Translations under genes and position numbers: made by a program
NCBI GenBank assembly: GCA_050246315.1
Contig: JBFWWG010000017.1
Coordinates: forward strand, 1 to 64,000
Source: Nitrospiraceae bacterium
GTDB lineage: Bacteria > Nitrospirota > Nitrospiria > Nitrospirales > Nitrospiraceae
Reading direction: 5' to 3'
DNA: 64,000 bases
The notes under the pieces: generated by a model
Database searches by the model: none
What the model saw: the letters and a program-made list of their open reading frames with translations, nothing else
Told to the model about the DNA's origin: nothing
Part shown: piece after piece, positions 48,897 through 58,982 of the stretch
How the letters are laid out: the number at the start of each line of letters is the position of its first letter
How positions within the stretch are numbered: the stretch's first letter is position 1

Positions 48897-49027
48897 AGAT
48901 CTTGATCGGGAAGGTTTCGAGGATGTTTGGGCGCTCTCTCAAAGGTAGCATGCGACGAATTGCTGTCAAAGGCTTGATAAAACAATGAATTCAATGAAGC
49001 AGCCTCTTGAGAGGCTGAGCCTCAGCA

Positions 49028-49897
49028 TCAGGGAAGGGCCGCAATATAGGTCTGAAAAAGGCGCTGCAGGCGGGCGGTCACGGGACCGGAGGGGCTTGAA
49101 GGCAGGTGAACGCCATCCACAGATCGAACGGGCAGGATCTCCGAGCTCGTATTGGTGAGAAAACATTCTTCTGCCTCTCGAAGGAGTGCGGGCAGGAAAT
49201 GTCCCTCCTCGCTCTCGATGCCGTCCCGGCGCGCCAGTTGAAGTACGAGATGGCGAGTGAGCCCATCGAGGATGCCGCAATCGATCGAGGGGGTGAGCAA
49301 CCGCCCCCTACATACCAGGAACAGATTGCTTGTCGTGCATTCGGCCAGTACTCCATCCGGATTCAACATGATCGCATCGAAGGCCTTTGCCTGAATCGCA
49401 TCGCGCTTGGCCAGGATATTGTTCAAAAAGTTCAGCGATTTGATCTGCGGGGGCAGGGCGGAGGGATGGTTGCGCCGGATCGTCGCCGTCACCAGGTCCA
49501 CCCCCGTCTGATATAGGTGCTCCGCCTGACGCATCAGCGGTTTGGTCAACACCACGATGGTGGGCATGGGACACAGCGCCGGATCGAGTCCGATGTCGCC
49601 GGGTCCGCGCGAAATTGTAATGCGGAGGTAGGCGTCCCGTCCTGGCTGTCCCACGTGGTTCCGCTGCATTGCCTCGGCGAGGATCGGTGGCCAAGCCCCT
49701 TCATCCAACGGAATCGTCAGACCGATCAGGTCCGCGGATCGGTAGAGCCGCCGGAGATGCTCACGCATCAGAAATATGTGGGAGCCGTAAGACCGAAGCG
49801 TTTCGTAGACGCCGTCGCCGTAGAGGAACCCATGATCGAAAACCGAAATCAGTGCGTCCTCTTTCCGCACAAACCGGTCATTGAGGAAAATCCACAT
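49028..49897 (-). CDS. Class IV PLP aminotransferase (IlvE/PabC-like)
   Basis: DHGFLYGDGVYET, IKSLNFL, ECTTSN, GILDGLTR. Confidence 0.9.
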   Translation of the reverse strand: MWIFLNDRFVRKEDALISVFDHGFLYGDGVYETLRSYGSHIFLMREHLRRLYRSADLIGLTIPLDEGAWPPILAEAMQRNHVGQPGRDAYLRITISRGPGDIGLDPALCPMPTIVVLTKPLMRQAEHLYQTGVDLVTATIRRNHPSALPPQIKSLNFLNNILAKRDAIQAKAFDAIMLNPDGVLAECTTSNLFLVCRGRLLTPSIDCGILDGLTRHLVLQLARRDGIESEEGHFLPALLREAEECFLTNTSSEILPVRSVDGVHLPSSPSGPVTARLQRLFQTYIAALP

Positions 49898-49905
49898 TTT
49901 ACTAT

Positions 49906-51426
49906 TTATGAGCCGTGTAGGGCGGTGAAAAAGGCCTGGGCTTTATCCAGCGTCTCTTGGTACTCCCTGGCCGGATCGGAATCCGCCACGATCCCGGCGC
50001 CCACCTGAAGATAGGCCGAGTGTCCTGTCAGCACCATCGTGCGGATGATAATGTTCAGGTCGATCGCCCCTGTCCGGCTGAAGTAGCCCAGTGAGCCGGT
50101 GTAAGGGCCACGCCGGACCGGTTCCAGCTCCTCGATGATCTGCATACACCGAATCTTGGGCACGCCCGTAACGGTTCCCCCAGGGAAGACGGATTTGACG
50201 ATCTCCAGCCGCGGGACGTCCGATTTCAGGAGGCCTATGACGTTCGACACAAGATGGCGCACATGGGAATAGTCCTCGACCGTCATGAATTCGTTGACCC
50301 GGACGGATCCATATCGGCAGATCCGCCCCAGGTCATTTCGTTCAAGGTCTACCAGCATGATGTGTTCGGCCCGCTCCTTGGCGTTGGCCAACAGCTCTTT
50401 CCGGAAGCGTTCGTCCTGGGCCGGTGCTCCGCTTCGCGGTCTGGTGCCGGCGATGGGTCTGGTTTCCACGGTCTGGCCATGAACGCGCATGAGACGTTCG
50501 GGCGAACAACTCACCAGGGTCAGGTCGTCGAAGCTCAGCAAGGCGGAGAACGGCGAGGGATTAACGAGCCGCAGCCGCTCATAGATCGTCCGTCCCACGT
50601 TCTGGTGCTGGGATGACAATCCGGCCGATGACTCCAAGGCGAAGTGAAATCGATGAGAAAGGTTGGCCTGATAGATATCTCCGGCCCGGATGTACTCCTG
50701 GCAGCGCTCGACTCGTTCGATGTAATCATCCCCAGATTGTCCTGGCATCGCCGGGCCGATCGCTCTCCTGACCCATTCCTCCGACGGTTCTTCCGAACCC
50801 ATCGCCGTCTGTCCGATCATGTGTGCACGGAAGGATTCCAGGCGAGCTAACCCCTCTATAAACAATTTTTCGCGATCCTCGCCGGCGAATCGATCCCATG
50901 ACGGTGAGAATATCAAGTGAAGCCTCTGCCGATGATGGTCGATTGCGGCGACGAGATCGAAGAATCCCACCAGCACGTCCGGCAAATTCAAGTCGTTGAC
51001 GGCCTGGTTGGGAAGAGGTTCGTAATGACGAATGAGGTCGTAGCCCAAATAGCCGACAGCTCCTCCGATGAATGGAGGAAGATCCTCCGTGGGACTCAGG
51101 GTCGGCTGAGACAACAAGCTGGACAGGGCTGCCAGGGATGTGGTGACCGCGCAGGTGCGCCGATCGGCATCGATCAAGTTGGCGTGACCGCTCCTCCCAC
51201 GGAGCACATGCGAGGGGGAAGACCCAAAGAACGAATAGCGGGCAGCGGACGTGGTAGGGGCTCCGCTCTCAAGCAGGAATGACACCTCTCCTACTCGGGC
51301 GATCCGACAGTACAATCGGTATGGGTCAGCCGCAGGAAGTGGACAGGTTAGCACCAACGGCTGTGGAGGGCCCGACAAGAAGGCGGCTCTGGATGGGAAG
51401 ATCGTGGTGGTCCGTGAGTTGTTCAT
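49906..51426 (-). CDS. Chorismate-binding enzyme (aminodeoxychorismate/anthranilate synthase component I)
   Basis: FLLES, GDIYQANLS, SPERL, RPIAGTRPR, KERAEHIMLVDLERND, GAGIVADS. Confidence 0.92.
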   Translation of the reverse strand: MNNSRTTTIFPSRAAFLSGPPQPLVLTCPLPAADPYRLYCRIARVGEVSFLLESGAPTTSAARYSFFGSSPSHVLRGRSGHANLIDADRRTCAVTTSLAALSSLLSQPTLSPTEDLPPFIGGAVGYLGYDLIRHYEPLPNQAVNDLNLPDVLVGFFDLVAAIDHHRQRLHLIFSPSWDRFAGEDREKLFIEGLARLESFRAHMIGQTAMGSEEPSEEWVRRAIGPAMPGQSGDDYIERVERCQEYIRAGDIYQANLSHRFHFALESSAGLSSQHQNVGRTIYERLRLVNPSPFSALLSFDDLTLVSCSPERLMRVHGQTVETRPIAGTRPRSGAPAQDERFRKELLANAKERAEHIMLVDLERNDLGRICRYGSVRVNEFMTVEDYSHVRHLVSNVIGLLKSDVPRLEIVKSVFPGGTVTGVPKIRCMQIIEELEPVRRGPYTGSLGYFSRTGAIDLNIIIRTMVLTGHSAYLQVGAGIVADSDPAREYQETLDKAQAFFTALHGS

Positions 51427-51639
51427 TTAGGGCTACGGATGTTGCTGGATGCGCTGCCTGAACGATTCGTCTCCCCAAATTCTGCCACACAAGGTTTGGT
51501 ATACGCCAGCGAAGGAGAACAAGTGTTGGGGGGCGGTTCGAGGAATGGGGTGCTTTCCGGCGAGGCGGTCGGAGGCGAACCGACCCGCTGCGGGTGCTGG
51601 ATCACGTCGCGAGGACGGTGCCGAGCCCGGCGACTTCCC

Positions 51640-51669
51640 TTGACAAACGAACCGAAGATTTGGTTGAAT
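51640..51669 (+). promoter_or_regulatory. Putative promoter of the F0 operon
   Basis: TTGACA-N18-TTGAAT with extended TG, followed by GC-rich ggcgcgcc. Confidence 0.45.
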
Positions 51670-51731
51670 GGCGCGCCTTTCGTTGACTGCGCCTGGGTAT
51701 GGGTGTGTGACGTAGTTGACGAAACGATGTG

Positions 51732-51950
51732 ATGCCCCCCTCGACGGATCCCTTCTATGCGGGCCTGGGTCAGGCGCTTCGCGTGGGAACCGAGGTGCTC
51801 GCCGCCTTGATTGTGGGCGGTGGACTCGGGTGGGTGGCCGATACCTACCTGTTCAACACGAGCCCCTGGGGCATGGTGGTTGGATTGGTGCTCGGCGGCG
51901 CGGCGGGCGTGCGCAATGCATACCGGGCTGCACAGCGGTGGCCGTCCTAG
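51732..51950 (+). CDS. AtpZ/AtpI-type F0-associated membrane protein
   Basis: GGGLGWVADTYLFNTSPWG motif upstream of atpB. Confidence 0.85.
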   Translation: MPPSTDPFYAGLGQALRVGTEVLAALIVGGGLGWVADTYLFNTSPWGMVVGLVLGGAAGVRNAYRAAQRWPS

Positions 51951-51985
51951 ACCGGGCGTGATATCACGGGAAAGGGTGGGTGCTC

Positions 51986-52738
51986 TTGGAAGAAAGTCCG
52001 CTCCATCCGTTTGAGCTGCACGAGATTATTCCGATCTCGCTGTTTGGATTTGATATTTCGATCAACAAGGCCGTGATTTGGATGTGGATCGTCGTGGCCT
52101 TGGTGTCGATCCTTCTCATTGCCGCTGCCAGGTCCCGGAGTCTGGTGCCCTCGAAACTTCAGAGTTTGGCCGAGGTGCTGGTGGATTTCATACGGAACAT
52201 CATTCTGGATACGATTGGGCCGGAGGGTATGAAGTTTTTTCCGTTTGTTGCGACTCTGTTCCTGTTCATTCTCTTCAGCAACCTGTTGGGGCTGATCCCC
52301 GGCTCCTATACGGTTACCAGCCAGTTGATCGTGACGGCGGTCTTCGCGCTCGCCGTGTATGGCCTGAGTATCGTGCTGGGATTCGTGCTGCACGGCGGAA
52401 AGTTTCTGGGTATTCTGGTCCCCCCGGGGACTCCAGGCTGGTTGTTGCCGCTGATGGTCCCGATTGAACTGGTGAGCCAATTGGCGAGGCCCGTGTCGTT
52501 GGCGGTGCGTTTGTTTGCCAATATGACGGCTGGCCACGTGATTCTGGGCGTGCTCTTCAGCTTGGCGATCAGCGGAGGGCTCTTGATCGGCTGGCTGCCC
52601 TTCGCATTCACGATCGCCATGAACGGGTTGGAGTTCGGTATCGCGTTCATCCAAGCGTATATTTTCACCGTGCTGACCTGTGTGTACCTGGGCGACGCCG
52701 TGACGCTCCATGGACATGGGGACGAGCATGCACACTGA
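51986..52738 (+). CDS. atpB: ATP synthase F0 subunit a
   Basis: RPVSLAVRLFANMTAGH, IQAYIF. Confidence 0.96.
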   Translation: MEESPLHPFELHEIIPISLFGFDISINKAVIWMWIVVALVSILLIAAARSRSLVPSKLQSLAEVLVDFIRNIILDTIGPEGMKFFPFVATLFLFILFSNLLGLIPGSYTVTSQLIVTAVFALAVYGLSIVLGFVLHGGKFLGILVPPGTPGWLLPLMVPIELVSQLARPVSLAVRLFANMTAGHVILGVLFSLAISGGLLIGWLPFAFTIAMNGLEFGIAFIQAYIFTVLTCVYLGDAVTLHGHGDEHAH

Positions 52739-52775
52739 GTCGTCGGGTTGCTAGATTAAAGGAGGAGAGACCATC

Positions 52776-53006
52776 ATGGATTCCGCAGCAGCAGCATTGT
52801 TGGGAATGGGATTGGCGGCGGCTGGGTTTGCCGGAGCCGGCGTGGGGATCGGCTATATCTTCGGCAAGATGATCGAGGCGGTAGCGCGCCAGCCTGAGGC
52901 GGAAGGTCGGGTCGGCAAGTACATGTGGATCGGGTTCGCCCTGGTGGAAGCGATTGCCTTGTACGGGTTGGTCATTGCCTTCATCATCATGGGACTCCGC
53001 AAGTAA
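52776..53006 (+). CDS. atpE: ATP synthase F0 subunit c
   Basis: GAGVGIG, ARQPEA, ALVEAIALY. Confidence 0.97.
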   Translation: MDSAAAALLGMGLAAAGFAGAGVGIGYIFGKMIEAVARQPEAEGRVGKYMWIGFALVEAIALYGLVIAFIIMGLRK

Positions 53007-53155
53007 GCGTGACGCTGAAAATGGCCGCCACCTTTGTTCTGGAGCTCTCGAATCCCTCGACGTACCGACCATACGTATGCCTCGGGGTCCAAACGCTCTG
53101 CGGCCGCGCTGGATGACCGTGTTGGGCATCACGATAGCAAGGTAGGATCATAGCC

Positions 53156-53665
53156 ATGCCGCAATTTGAGAGCCATTTCTTCTCCTCGCTCATTTTCTGG
53201 GAAGTCGTCTCGTTCGCGATCCTCTTTTGGGTGCTCTACAAGTTTGCGTTTCCGGCCATTCTCGAAACCCTGGAAACGAGGGAGCGCAAGATTCGGGAGT
53301 CGCTCGATCAAGCGGAACGCCAGCGGGCGGAGGCGGAGCGGGTCCTGCGTGAGTACGAGGCCAAACTCAACCAATCATCCAAGGAAGCGGAGACCTTGCT
53401 GGGACAGGCGAAGGAGCGCGCGCAGCGACTGCTTGAGGAGAACGAACAGCGCCTAACTGCCGAAGCCGAGCGGATTAAGGCCGAATCCACCAGAGAAATC
53501 GAGCAGGCTCGGAGACAAGCCGTTCAGGACATCCGAACCCATACGACAGAACTGGCGTTGATGGTTGCGGAAAAGCTGGTGGAACGGAGCCTGACCGACG
53601 TCGATCACAAACGTTTTGTCGATGAGGCTATGGAGGCAGTGGCCCGCTCTCACGGGCAGGGGTAG
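53156..53665 (+). CDS. atpF: ATP synthase F0 subunit b
   Basis: N-terminal TM (FWEVVSFAIL) followed by a charged coiled coil. Confidence 0.95.
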   Translation: MPQFESHFFSSLIFWEVVSFAILFWVLYKFAFPAILETLETRERKIRESLDQAERQRAEAERVLREYEAKLNQSSKEAETLLGQAKERAQRLLEENEQRLTAEAERIKAESTREIEQARRQAVQDIRTHTTELALMVAEKLVERSLTDVDHKRFVDEAMEAVARSHGQG

Positions 53666-53721
53666 CCCTATAGGGAACGGTGAGCAAGACGACCTGGCTT
53701 CATTTAGCGCCTCATCCGTCC

Positions 53722-54543
53722 CTACAACACTGACACTCGATTCGCCTTGCCTGGCCGGTATCCTTCAGGATCGATCTCCACCGAGTCGAATCCCAGGGTT
53801 CGGATCTCCTCGGCGATCGGTATATGGCGGGCGTATTCGACAAGCCTGCTGACTTCGTCCCGCCCGACTTCGAGGGTGGCCTTCCTGCCGTCAGACCGCA
53901 CTCGAACCTGACGGAACCCGGCATTGCGTAGGATCTTTTCTGCCCCTTCCACAAGAGACAACGTCATACGGTCAATCGGAATACCACGCGGAATCCGTGA
54001 GGAAAGGCAGGCGGCGGCGGGTTTGTCCCAGTTGGAGAGACCCAACGAGCGCGCGAGCCTTCTGACCTCTTCCTTGCCCAGTCCCACCTCTGCAAGGGGG
54101 CTACGCACGGCCCATTCCTTAGCCGAGATCAGCCCCGGACGATCATCCTGAAGATCATCCGCCTGCACCCCGTTCACCGTGGTTCGAAAACCGAGTTCCA
54201 GCCGAATCCGATCCAGCGCGCTGTAGAGATCCGTCTTGCAGTGGTAGCAGCGAGACGCGTCGTTCCGGGCGAAATCCGGGATCGCAAGCTGGTCCGTCCG
54301 GTGCAGGAGCAGGCGGGTGCCGATCTCGTCGGCAAGCCGTCGGCAGTCTTTCAACTCCTCCTCGGGAAGGGTGGGGGAGACCGCGGTGACCGCCACGGTT
54401 TGAGGCCCGAGACGGTCGTGGGCGAGCTGCAGGACGAGCGTGCTGTCGATCCCGCCTGAAAAGGCGACGACGGCAGACTCCAGCGAATCGATTATTGCCT
54501 GGAGCTGATCAAATTTGGCGCGCAGTGTCGGGTTCAGCGTCAT
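53722..54543 (-). CDS. larE: ATP-dependent sulfur transferase LarE
   Basis: PP-loop SGGIDS, RCYHCK, DDRPG, WDKPAAACLSSRIP, QVRVR. Confidence 0.9.
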   Translation of the reverse strand: MTLNPTLRAKFDQLQAIIDSLESAVVAFSGGIDSTLVLQLAHDRLGPQTVAVTAVSPTLPEEELKDCRRLADEIGTRLLLHRTDQLAIPDFARNDASRCYHCKTDLYSALDRIRLELGFRTTVNGVQADDLQDDRPGLISAKEWAVRSPLAEVGLGKEEVRRLARSLGLSNWDKPAAACLSSRIPRGIPIDRMTLSLVEGAEKILRNAGFRQVRVRSDGRKATLEVGRDEVSRLVEYARHIPIAEEIRTLGFDSVEIDPEGYRPGKANRVSVL

Positions 54544-55940
54544 GGCTTGGGCTCCAAACGGACCTTCGCCTTGCCTTGGTCGCCGACGACGATCAGTGCT
54601 ACGCGTTGAGGATCGAGGTATTGCTTGGCGACGCGCAGGACATCTTCCTTGGTGATCCGTTCGATCCATTGCGGATAGTGGTTGAAATAATCAAGGCCGA
54701 GATTATGGAATTCCACCAACCCCAACGTCTGAGCCAACTTTGAAGTGGTGTCGAGTCGCAGGGCGAAGCTGCCCATGAGGTAGGCCTTTGCGTCAGCCAG
54801 TTCCTGATCGGAGACCGGCGCCTCGCGCATCGCCCGCAGTTCGTACAGGACGCCGGCGATGGCTTGATTGGTCGCTTCCGTTCTGGTTTGCAGCGTGACG
54901 TAAAAGGGTCCCGGCACCAGCCTGGCATCAAAGAGGCTCATGACACCATAGGCCAATCCTTGTTTGTCCCGGATGTTGTCCATCAGTCGAGACCCAAAGC
55001 CGCCAGATCCAAGGATCTGGTTCATGACCGAGACCGCATAGTAATCAGGATTGGATCGGCTGATCCCTACATGTCCGATGATGATGCTCGATTGGGTCAA
55101 TTCCTTATCGATGAGTTTCACGGCCGCCCGTTCCAGGGCATGCGGCTTGGGCAATTTAGGACTCGACGCCGTGCCTCGCTTCCATGGACCGAAATACTTG
55201 GCCGCCAGGGAAGCGGCTTCATCCTGGGACAGATCCCCGACGATACTGAGGATCGTCTGGTTGGGGAAATAGTATTGGCTGTGGAATGCCACGATATCCT
55301 GATGCGAGATCTTGCTCAGCGTCTCTTCACCGCCGGTTACCGGCCAGCGATAGGGGTGACCCATGAACACCGTGTGGTTGAACGCTTTCATTGCCACGGC
55401 TCCGGGTTCGTCCTTCTCACTAATCACCTGGCCGATCACCTCGCTCCGCACGCGTTCAAATTCATGTTTAGGGAACGACGGCTTCTGGAGAATGTCCGCA
55501 AGGAGGGACAGCCCCAGATCGACATCCTTCTTGAGGATCCGAACCGTTGCGGACGTGTAATCTTCCGACGTCCGCGCGCCGATCGAGCCTCCCACAAACT
55601 CAATCTGTTCCGCGATCTGCGCGCTGCTGTGAGTCGCCGTGCCTTCGTCGAGTAGGCTGGATACCAGATTCGCCACTCCGGCCTTCTCGGGAGGGTCCTG
55701 GGCCGATCCGATACGAACCAACGCATGCGCCTCCACGATCGGCAAGGCGCGTTGTTCGAGAAACAGTACGGTCAAGCCGTTGGGCAGAGCGAACCGAACG
55801 GGGCGCAACTCCGCAGACACGACAGGCGTGGCCCAGCAGATCGCGATCCATCCCGACAGGCACAGGCAGAATCGAATGATGGTCGAATGGCGCCCTGGCG
55901 TTGAGACGAGCCTGCCGATGCTGTGCCGAAACAGGTTCAT
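54540..55940 (-). CDS. M16 peptidase, non-catalytic subunit
   Basis: HxxEH replaced by NLVSS; R/Y motif IRDKQGLAY. Confidence 0.9.
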   Translation of the reverse strand: MNLFRHSIGRLVSTPGRHSTIIRFCLCLSGWIAICWATPVVSAELRPVRFALPNGLTVLFLEQRALPIVEAHALVRIGSAQDPPEKAGVANLVSSLLDEGTATHSSAQIAEQIEFVGGSIGARTSEDYTSATVRILKKDVDLGLSLLADILQKPSFPKHEFERVRSEVIGQVISEKDEPGAVAMKAFNHTVFMGHPYRWPVTGGEETLSKISHQDIVAFHSQYYFPNQTILSIVGDLSQDEAASLAAKYFGPWKRGTASSPKLPKPHALERAAVKLIDKELTQSSIIIGHVGISRSNPDYYAVSVMNQILGSGGFGSRLMDNIRDKQGLAYGVMSLFDARLVPGPFYVTLQTRTEATNQAIAGVLYELRAMREAPVSDQELADAKAYLMGSFALRLDTTSKLAQTLGLVEFHNLGLDYFNHYPQWIERITKEDVLRVAKQYLDPQRVALIVVGDQGKAKVRLEPKP

Positions 55941-57361
55941 CGCGAGGCCTCGCGTTCGTCCGGCGCCGATGCGCGATCATCGGTTCGAGGTGGGAGTGGC
56001 AGCAGGATGCCGACGGTGCGGGCGTCCTCGACCAGATATTTCTGGGCCACTCTCTGCACGTCTTTGGCCGTGACGCTCCGGATACGGTCCACGAAGCGGC
56101 CGACGCTTCGCCATCCTGCCCCGACGGTTTCGGCTTCTCCCAACAACATCGCATGGCGAAAGTTGGAATCCTGCTGAAAGATGTAAGCGGCTTCCACGTT
56201 GTTCTTCGCCCGTTGGAGTTCAAGATCCGACGGCGGCTCGGTTTGGATCCTCTGAATCTCCTTGAGCAGCGCTTCCTCGATGACCTCTACCTTCTGTCCC
56301 GGCTTCACGATCGTGTAGAAATAAAAGAGTCCTGGGTCGGCTTGCATGAGCGTGTATTCGGCACCGACCGCCAATCCCAGTTGCTGTTCGTAAACCAAGC
56401 TACGATACAGGCGGCCACTTTTTCCGTGCGACAGGACGGATTCCAGCACGGACAGTGCATAGGCGTCGTCACTGGTGAAGTTCGGGGTTCGATAGCCCAC
56501 CATCACGAACGGCAGTTGCGCCTCTCGCTTGACGAGGACCCGGCGTTCTCCGCGCTGCTCCGGTTCCTGGCCGACCACGGGAGGCGGCGACGGTCCGCGC
56601 GGAATGGGTTCGAACAAGTGCCGAACCTGGGGCAGCACGGCCTCGGCCTTGATGTCACCCACGACGATCAACGTCGCATTGTTCGGCGAATAATACGTAT
56701 CGTAATGGCGTTGGAGGTCGTCCAACGTCATCGCATTCAGATCGCTCATCCAGCCGATGATCGGCCAATGGTAGGGATGGCTGAGATAAATCTGCGCGTA
56801 GAGTGTTTCGACCAGGTATGCCTGCGGGTCATCGTCAATTCGCAGGCGCCGCTCCTCCTTGACCACTTCGCGCTCGCGCTGGAACTCCTCGCGGTTCAAC
56901 GTCAAGCCCTGCATGCGGTCGGCCTCCAGTTCCAAAGCCAGTTCCACACGGTCCGCGGAGAGGTTCTCGAAGTACGCAGTAAAATCCTGGCTGGTGAACG
57001 CATTGTCCACGCCGCCGTTCTTTTTGATCAGACGGGAGAAGGTTCCTTTGGGATATTTGGCCGTGCCGTTAAACATCATATGTTCGAGCATGTGGGAGAG
57101 GCCGGCTCGACCCATGACTTCGTTCCGCGAGCCGACTTTGTACCAAACCTGAACGGTGACCACCGGAGCTTTGGGCACCTCCACCAGGAGGACCTTCATG
57201 CCGTTGCTGAGCAGAAATTCACGAGGCTCTGGGGCCGGGTTCGCGAGCGCGAATGTGGTGGCGATGCAAAGAAGGAGAGCCAATAGGAGGCTCGCACCGA
57301 TGAGTCGAGAGACGGAGGATCTGAGGCTCATGCGGTGGACAATACTCCTCAACGAAGTCAT
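55937..57361 (-). CDS. M16 zinc peptidase, catalytic subunit
   Basis: GLSHMLEHM, NAFTS, EREVVKEERR. Confidence 0.93.
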   Translation of the reverse strand: MTSLRSIVHRMSLRSSVSRLIGASLLLALLLCIATTFALANPAPEPREFLLSNGMKVLLVEVPKAPVVTVQVWYKVGSRNEVMGRAGLSHMLEHMMFNGTAKYPKGTFSRLIKKNGGVDNAFTSQDFTAYFENLSADRVELALELEADRMQGLTLNREEFQREREVVKEERRLRIDDDPQAYLVETLYAQIYLSHPYHWPIIGWMSDLNAMTLDDLQRHYDTYYSPNNATLIVVGDIKAEAVLPQVRHLFEPIPRGPSPPPVVGQEPEQRGERRVLVKREAQLPFVMVGYRTPNFTSDDAYALSVLESVLSHGKSGRLYRSLVYEQQLGLAVGAEYTLMQADPGLFYFYTIVKPGQKVEVIEEALLKEIQRIQTEPPSDLELQRAKNNVEAAYIFQQDSNFRHAMLLGEAETVGAGWRSVGRFVDRIRSVTAKDVQRVAQKYLVEDARTVGILLPLPPRTDDRASAPDEREASR

Positions 57362-57362
57362 G

Positions 57363-58493
57363 CTAGCAATCGTGCGCGAGGGGAGTCAAGGCAATGGGCG
57401 TCGGCTCCGGCCTGACGCCGAGTTGCCCACAGGCGCCTAGAACATCCGGCCCTTTGCTCTTCCGAATCAAGGCGTTGATGCGGGCCCCACGCAAGATCGT
57501 TTGAAACGCCAGCACAGATCGGTCGGAGGGACGACGGAAGCGATTCACGGGGAATTCGTTAAAGGGGATGAGATTCACCTTGCAGCGAAAGCCCCGCAAG
57601 AGTTTGACCAGCCGTGCGGCGTCCTCCGGCGAGTCGTTGACGCCGGCCAACAGGACATACTCGAACGTTAGGCGTGCCCGTGCAGACAGGGGAAATCGAC
57701 GGCACGCATTCAGCAAGGACGACAATGGATGGAGATGCTCGACGCCAGGCATAATCTCCGCGCGTTGACTGGCGGTCGTGGCATTCAAGGAGACGGCCAA
57801 CCGTACCCCCAATCCCGCGACCTCGGGAATTTTGGATGCGAGCCCCGCCGTCGAGACCGTGATTCGCCTGGGCGAGAGTCCGACTCCCCACTCCTCGTTG
57901 CACAGGCGCCGGATCGCTGCACGGACGGCGTCGAGATTCGCCAGCGGTTCTCCCATGCCCATGAAGACCAGATTGCTAATTCGGTCGCCCGCTGGGAGAG
58001 CATCTTGCACGGACAGCATCTGGTCGACGATCTCGTGAGGCTTGAGGTTGCGTCTTAACCCCATGGTGCCGGTCAGGCAAAACTGGCAATCAAAAGTGCA
58101 CCCCACCTGTGAGGAGAGGCAGAGGGTCAGGCGTCGGCCATCAGGGATCAGGACGCTTTCCACAATCAACCCATCATCGAGGCAGAAGAGAAATTTCCGT
58201 GTTCCGTCCGTCGCCACCCGTACCGCTGGCGGCGGTAGGCGGACAATCGTCGCGTGTTCGTGCAGCCTGGAGCGGTCACGGAGCGAAAGGTCGGTCATCT
58301 GGTCAATGCTGCGGACCCGCCGCGCATACAGCCAGCGCAGGATCTGGTGCGCACGGTATCGTGGCCATCCCCATTCCTTTGTCAGGTGCTCCACCTCGTC
58401 TGGGTCGAGGGCGAACAGATTGGGGAGAACTGAATCGACGTGGAGGAGGCGCCTGGCAGGTTGCTCAGCGGGACTCATATGGGAAGCTACCAT
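57363..58493 (-). CDS. rlmN: 23S rRNA/tRNA m2A methyltransferase (radical SAM)
   Basis: SSQVGCTFDCQFC, MGMGEP, NLIPFN, ACGQL. Confidence 0.95.
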   Translation of the reverse strand: MVASHMSPAEQPARRLLHVDSVLPNLFALDPDEVEHLTKEWGWPRYRAHQILRWLYARRVRSIDQMTDLSLRDRSRLHEHATIVRLPPPAVRVATDGTRKFLFCLDDGLIVESVLIPDGRRLTLCLSSQVGCTFDCQFCLTGTMGLRRNLKPHEIVDQMLSVQDALPAGDRISNLVFMGMGEPLANLDAVRAAIRRLCNEEWGVGLSPRRITVSTAGLASKIPEVAGLGVRLAVSLNATTASQRAEIMPGVEHLHPLSSLLNACRRFPLSARARLTFEYVLLAGVNDSPEDAARLVKLLRGFRCKVNLIPFNEFPVNRFRRPSDRSVLAFQTILRGARINALIRKSKGPDVLGACGQLGVRPEPTPIALTPLAHDC

Positions 58494-58651
58494 AGCCCAT
58501 TTCAGCGAGACAAGGCGAATAGGCTACTGAAACGATTTCCCGGACTTCCGCCGGATATCGTCCGGGCAACGCTCCGTTCTTTGGCATTAATATCGCTGAC
58601 TCAGTAGACCAAAAGGCGTGATTCAATCGAGGAGATGAACCGGGGAACTAC

Positions 58652-58768
58652 TTAGCGGAGCTTGCGGGCTCTCTTCTGCTTCTTGGGCGCTTCCTTCTTG
58701 CCCACCTTTGGCGCGCTCAGAACCACCTTCAAAGCTTCTTTGAATTTTGTGAATGGCGATGGGTCCAT
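58652..58768 (-). CDS. IS passenger: 38-aa basic peptide (absent from the ORF track)
   Basis: MDPSPFTKFKEALKVVLSAPKVGKKEAPKKQKRARKLR; SD ggagg; upstream TTGACA-N18-TAAAAT. Confidence 0.65.
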   Translation of the reverse strand: MDPSPFTKFKEALKVVLSAPKVGKKEAPKKQKRARKLR

Positions 58769-58828
58769 TGCGTCCTCCGTCGAGGGCACCCTACCACAAA
58801 GCCATCTGGACCTCAAAAAAAGCGCGCC

Positions 58829-58858
58829 ATTTTAGCCCTCATCCTTGACGCATGTCAA
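58829..58858 (-). promoter_or_regulatory. Leftward sigma70 promoter inside the IS
   Basis: TTGACA-N18-TAAAAT; the -35 lies in the near-palindrome TTGACGCATGTCAA. Confidence 0.6.
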
Positions 58859-58902
58859 TTAAGTGGCATATGCGGCATGATGCATGGCTGCCATTTTGCT
58901 CT

Positions 58903-58931
58903 TTGACTTCGTGCCGCGATTTTAGTAACAT
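58903..58931 (+). promoter_or_regulatory. Rightward sigma70 promoter inside the IS
   Basis: TTGACT-N17-TAACAT. Confidence 0.55.
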
Positions 58932-58982
58932 CGCATATGTTGTTGCTGCCGGCCATCCGCATTCGATATGGAGGGTATCCAT

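Noticed and set aside
51732..53665. F0 genes without F1 genes as a novel system
   Set aside because: Split atp operons are well known; the subunits look ordinary
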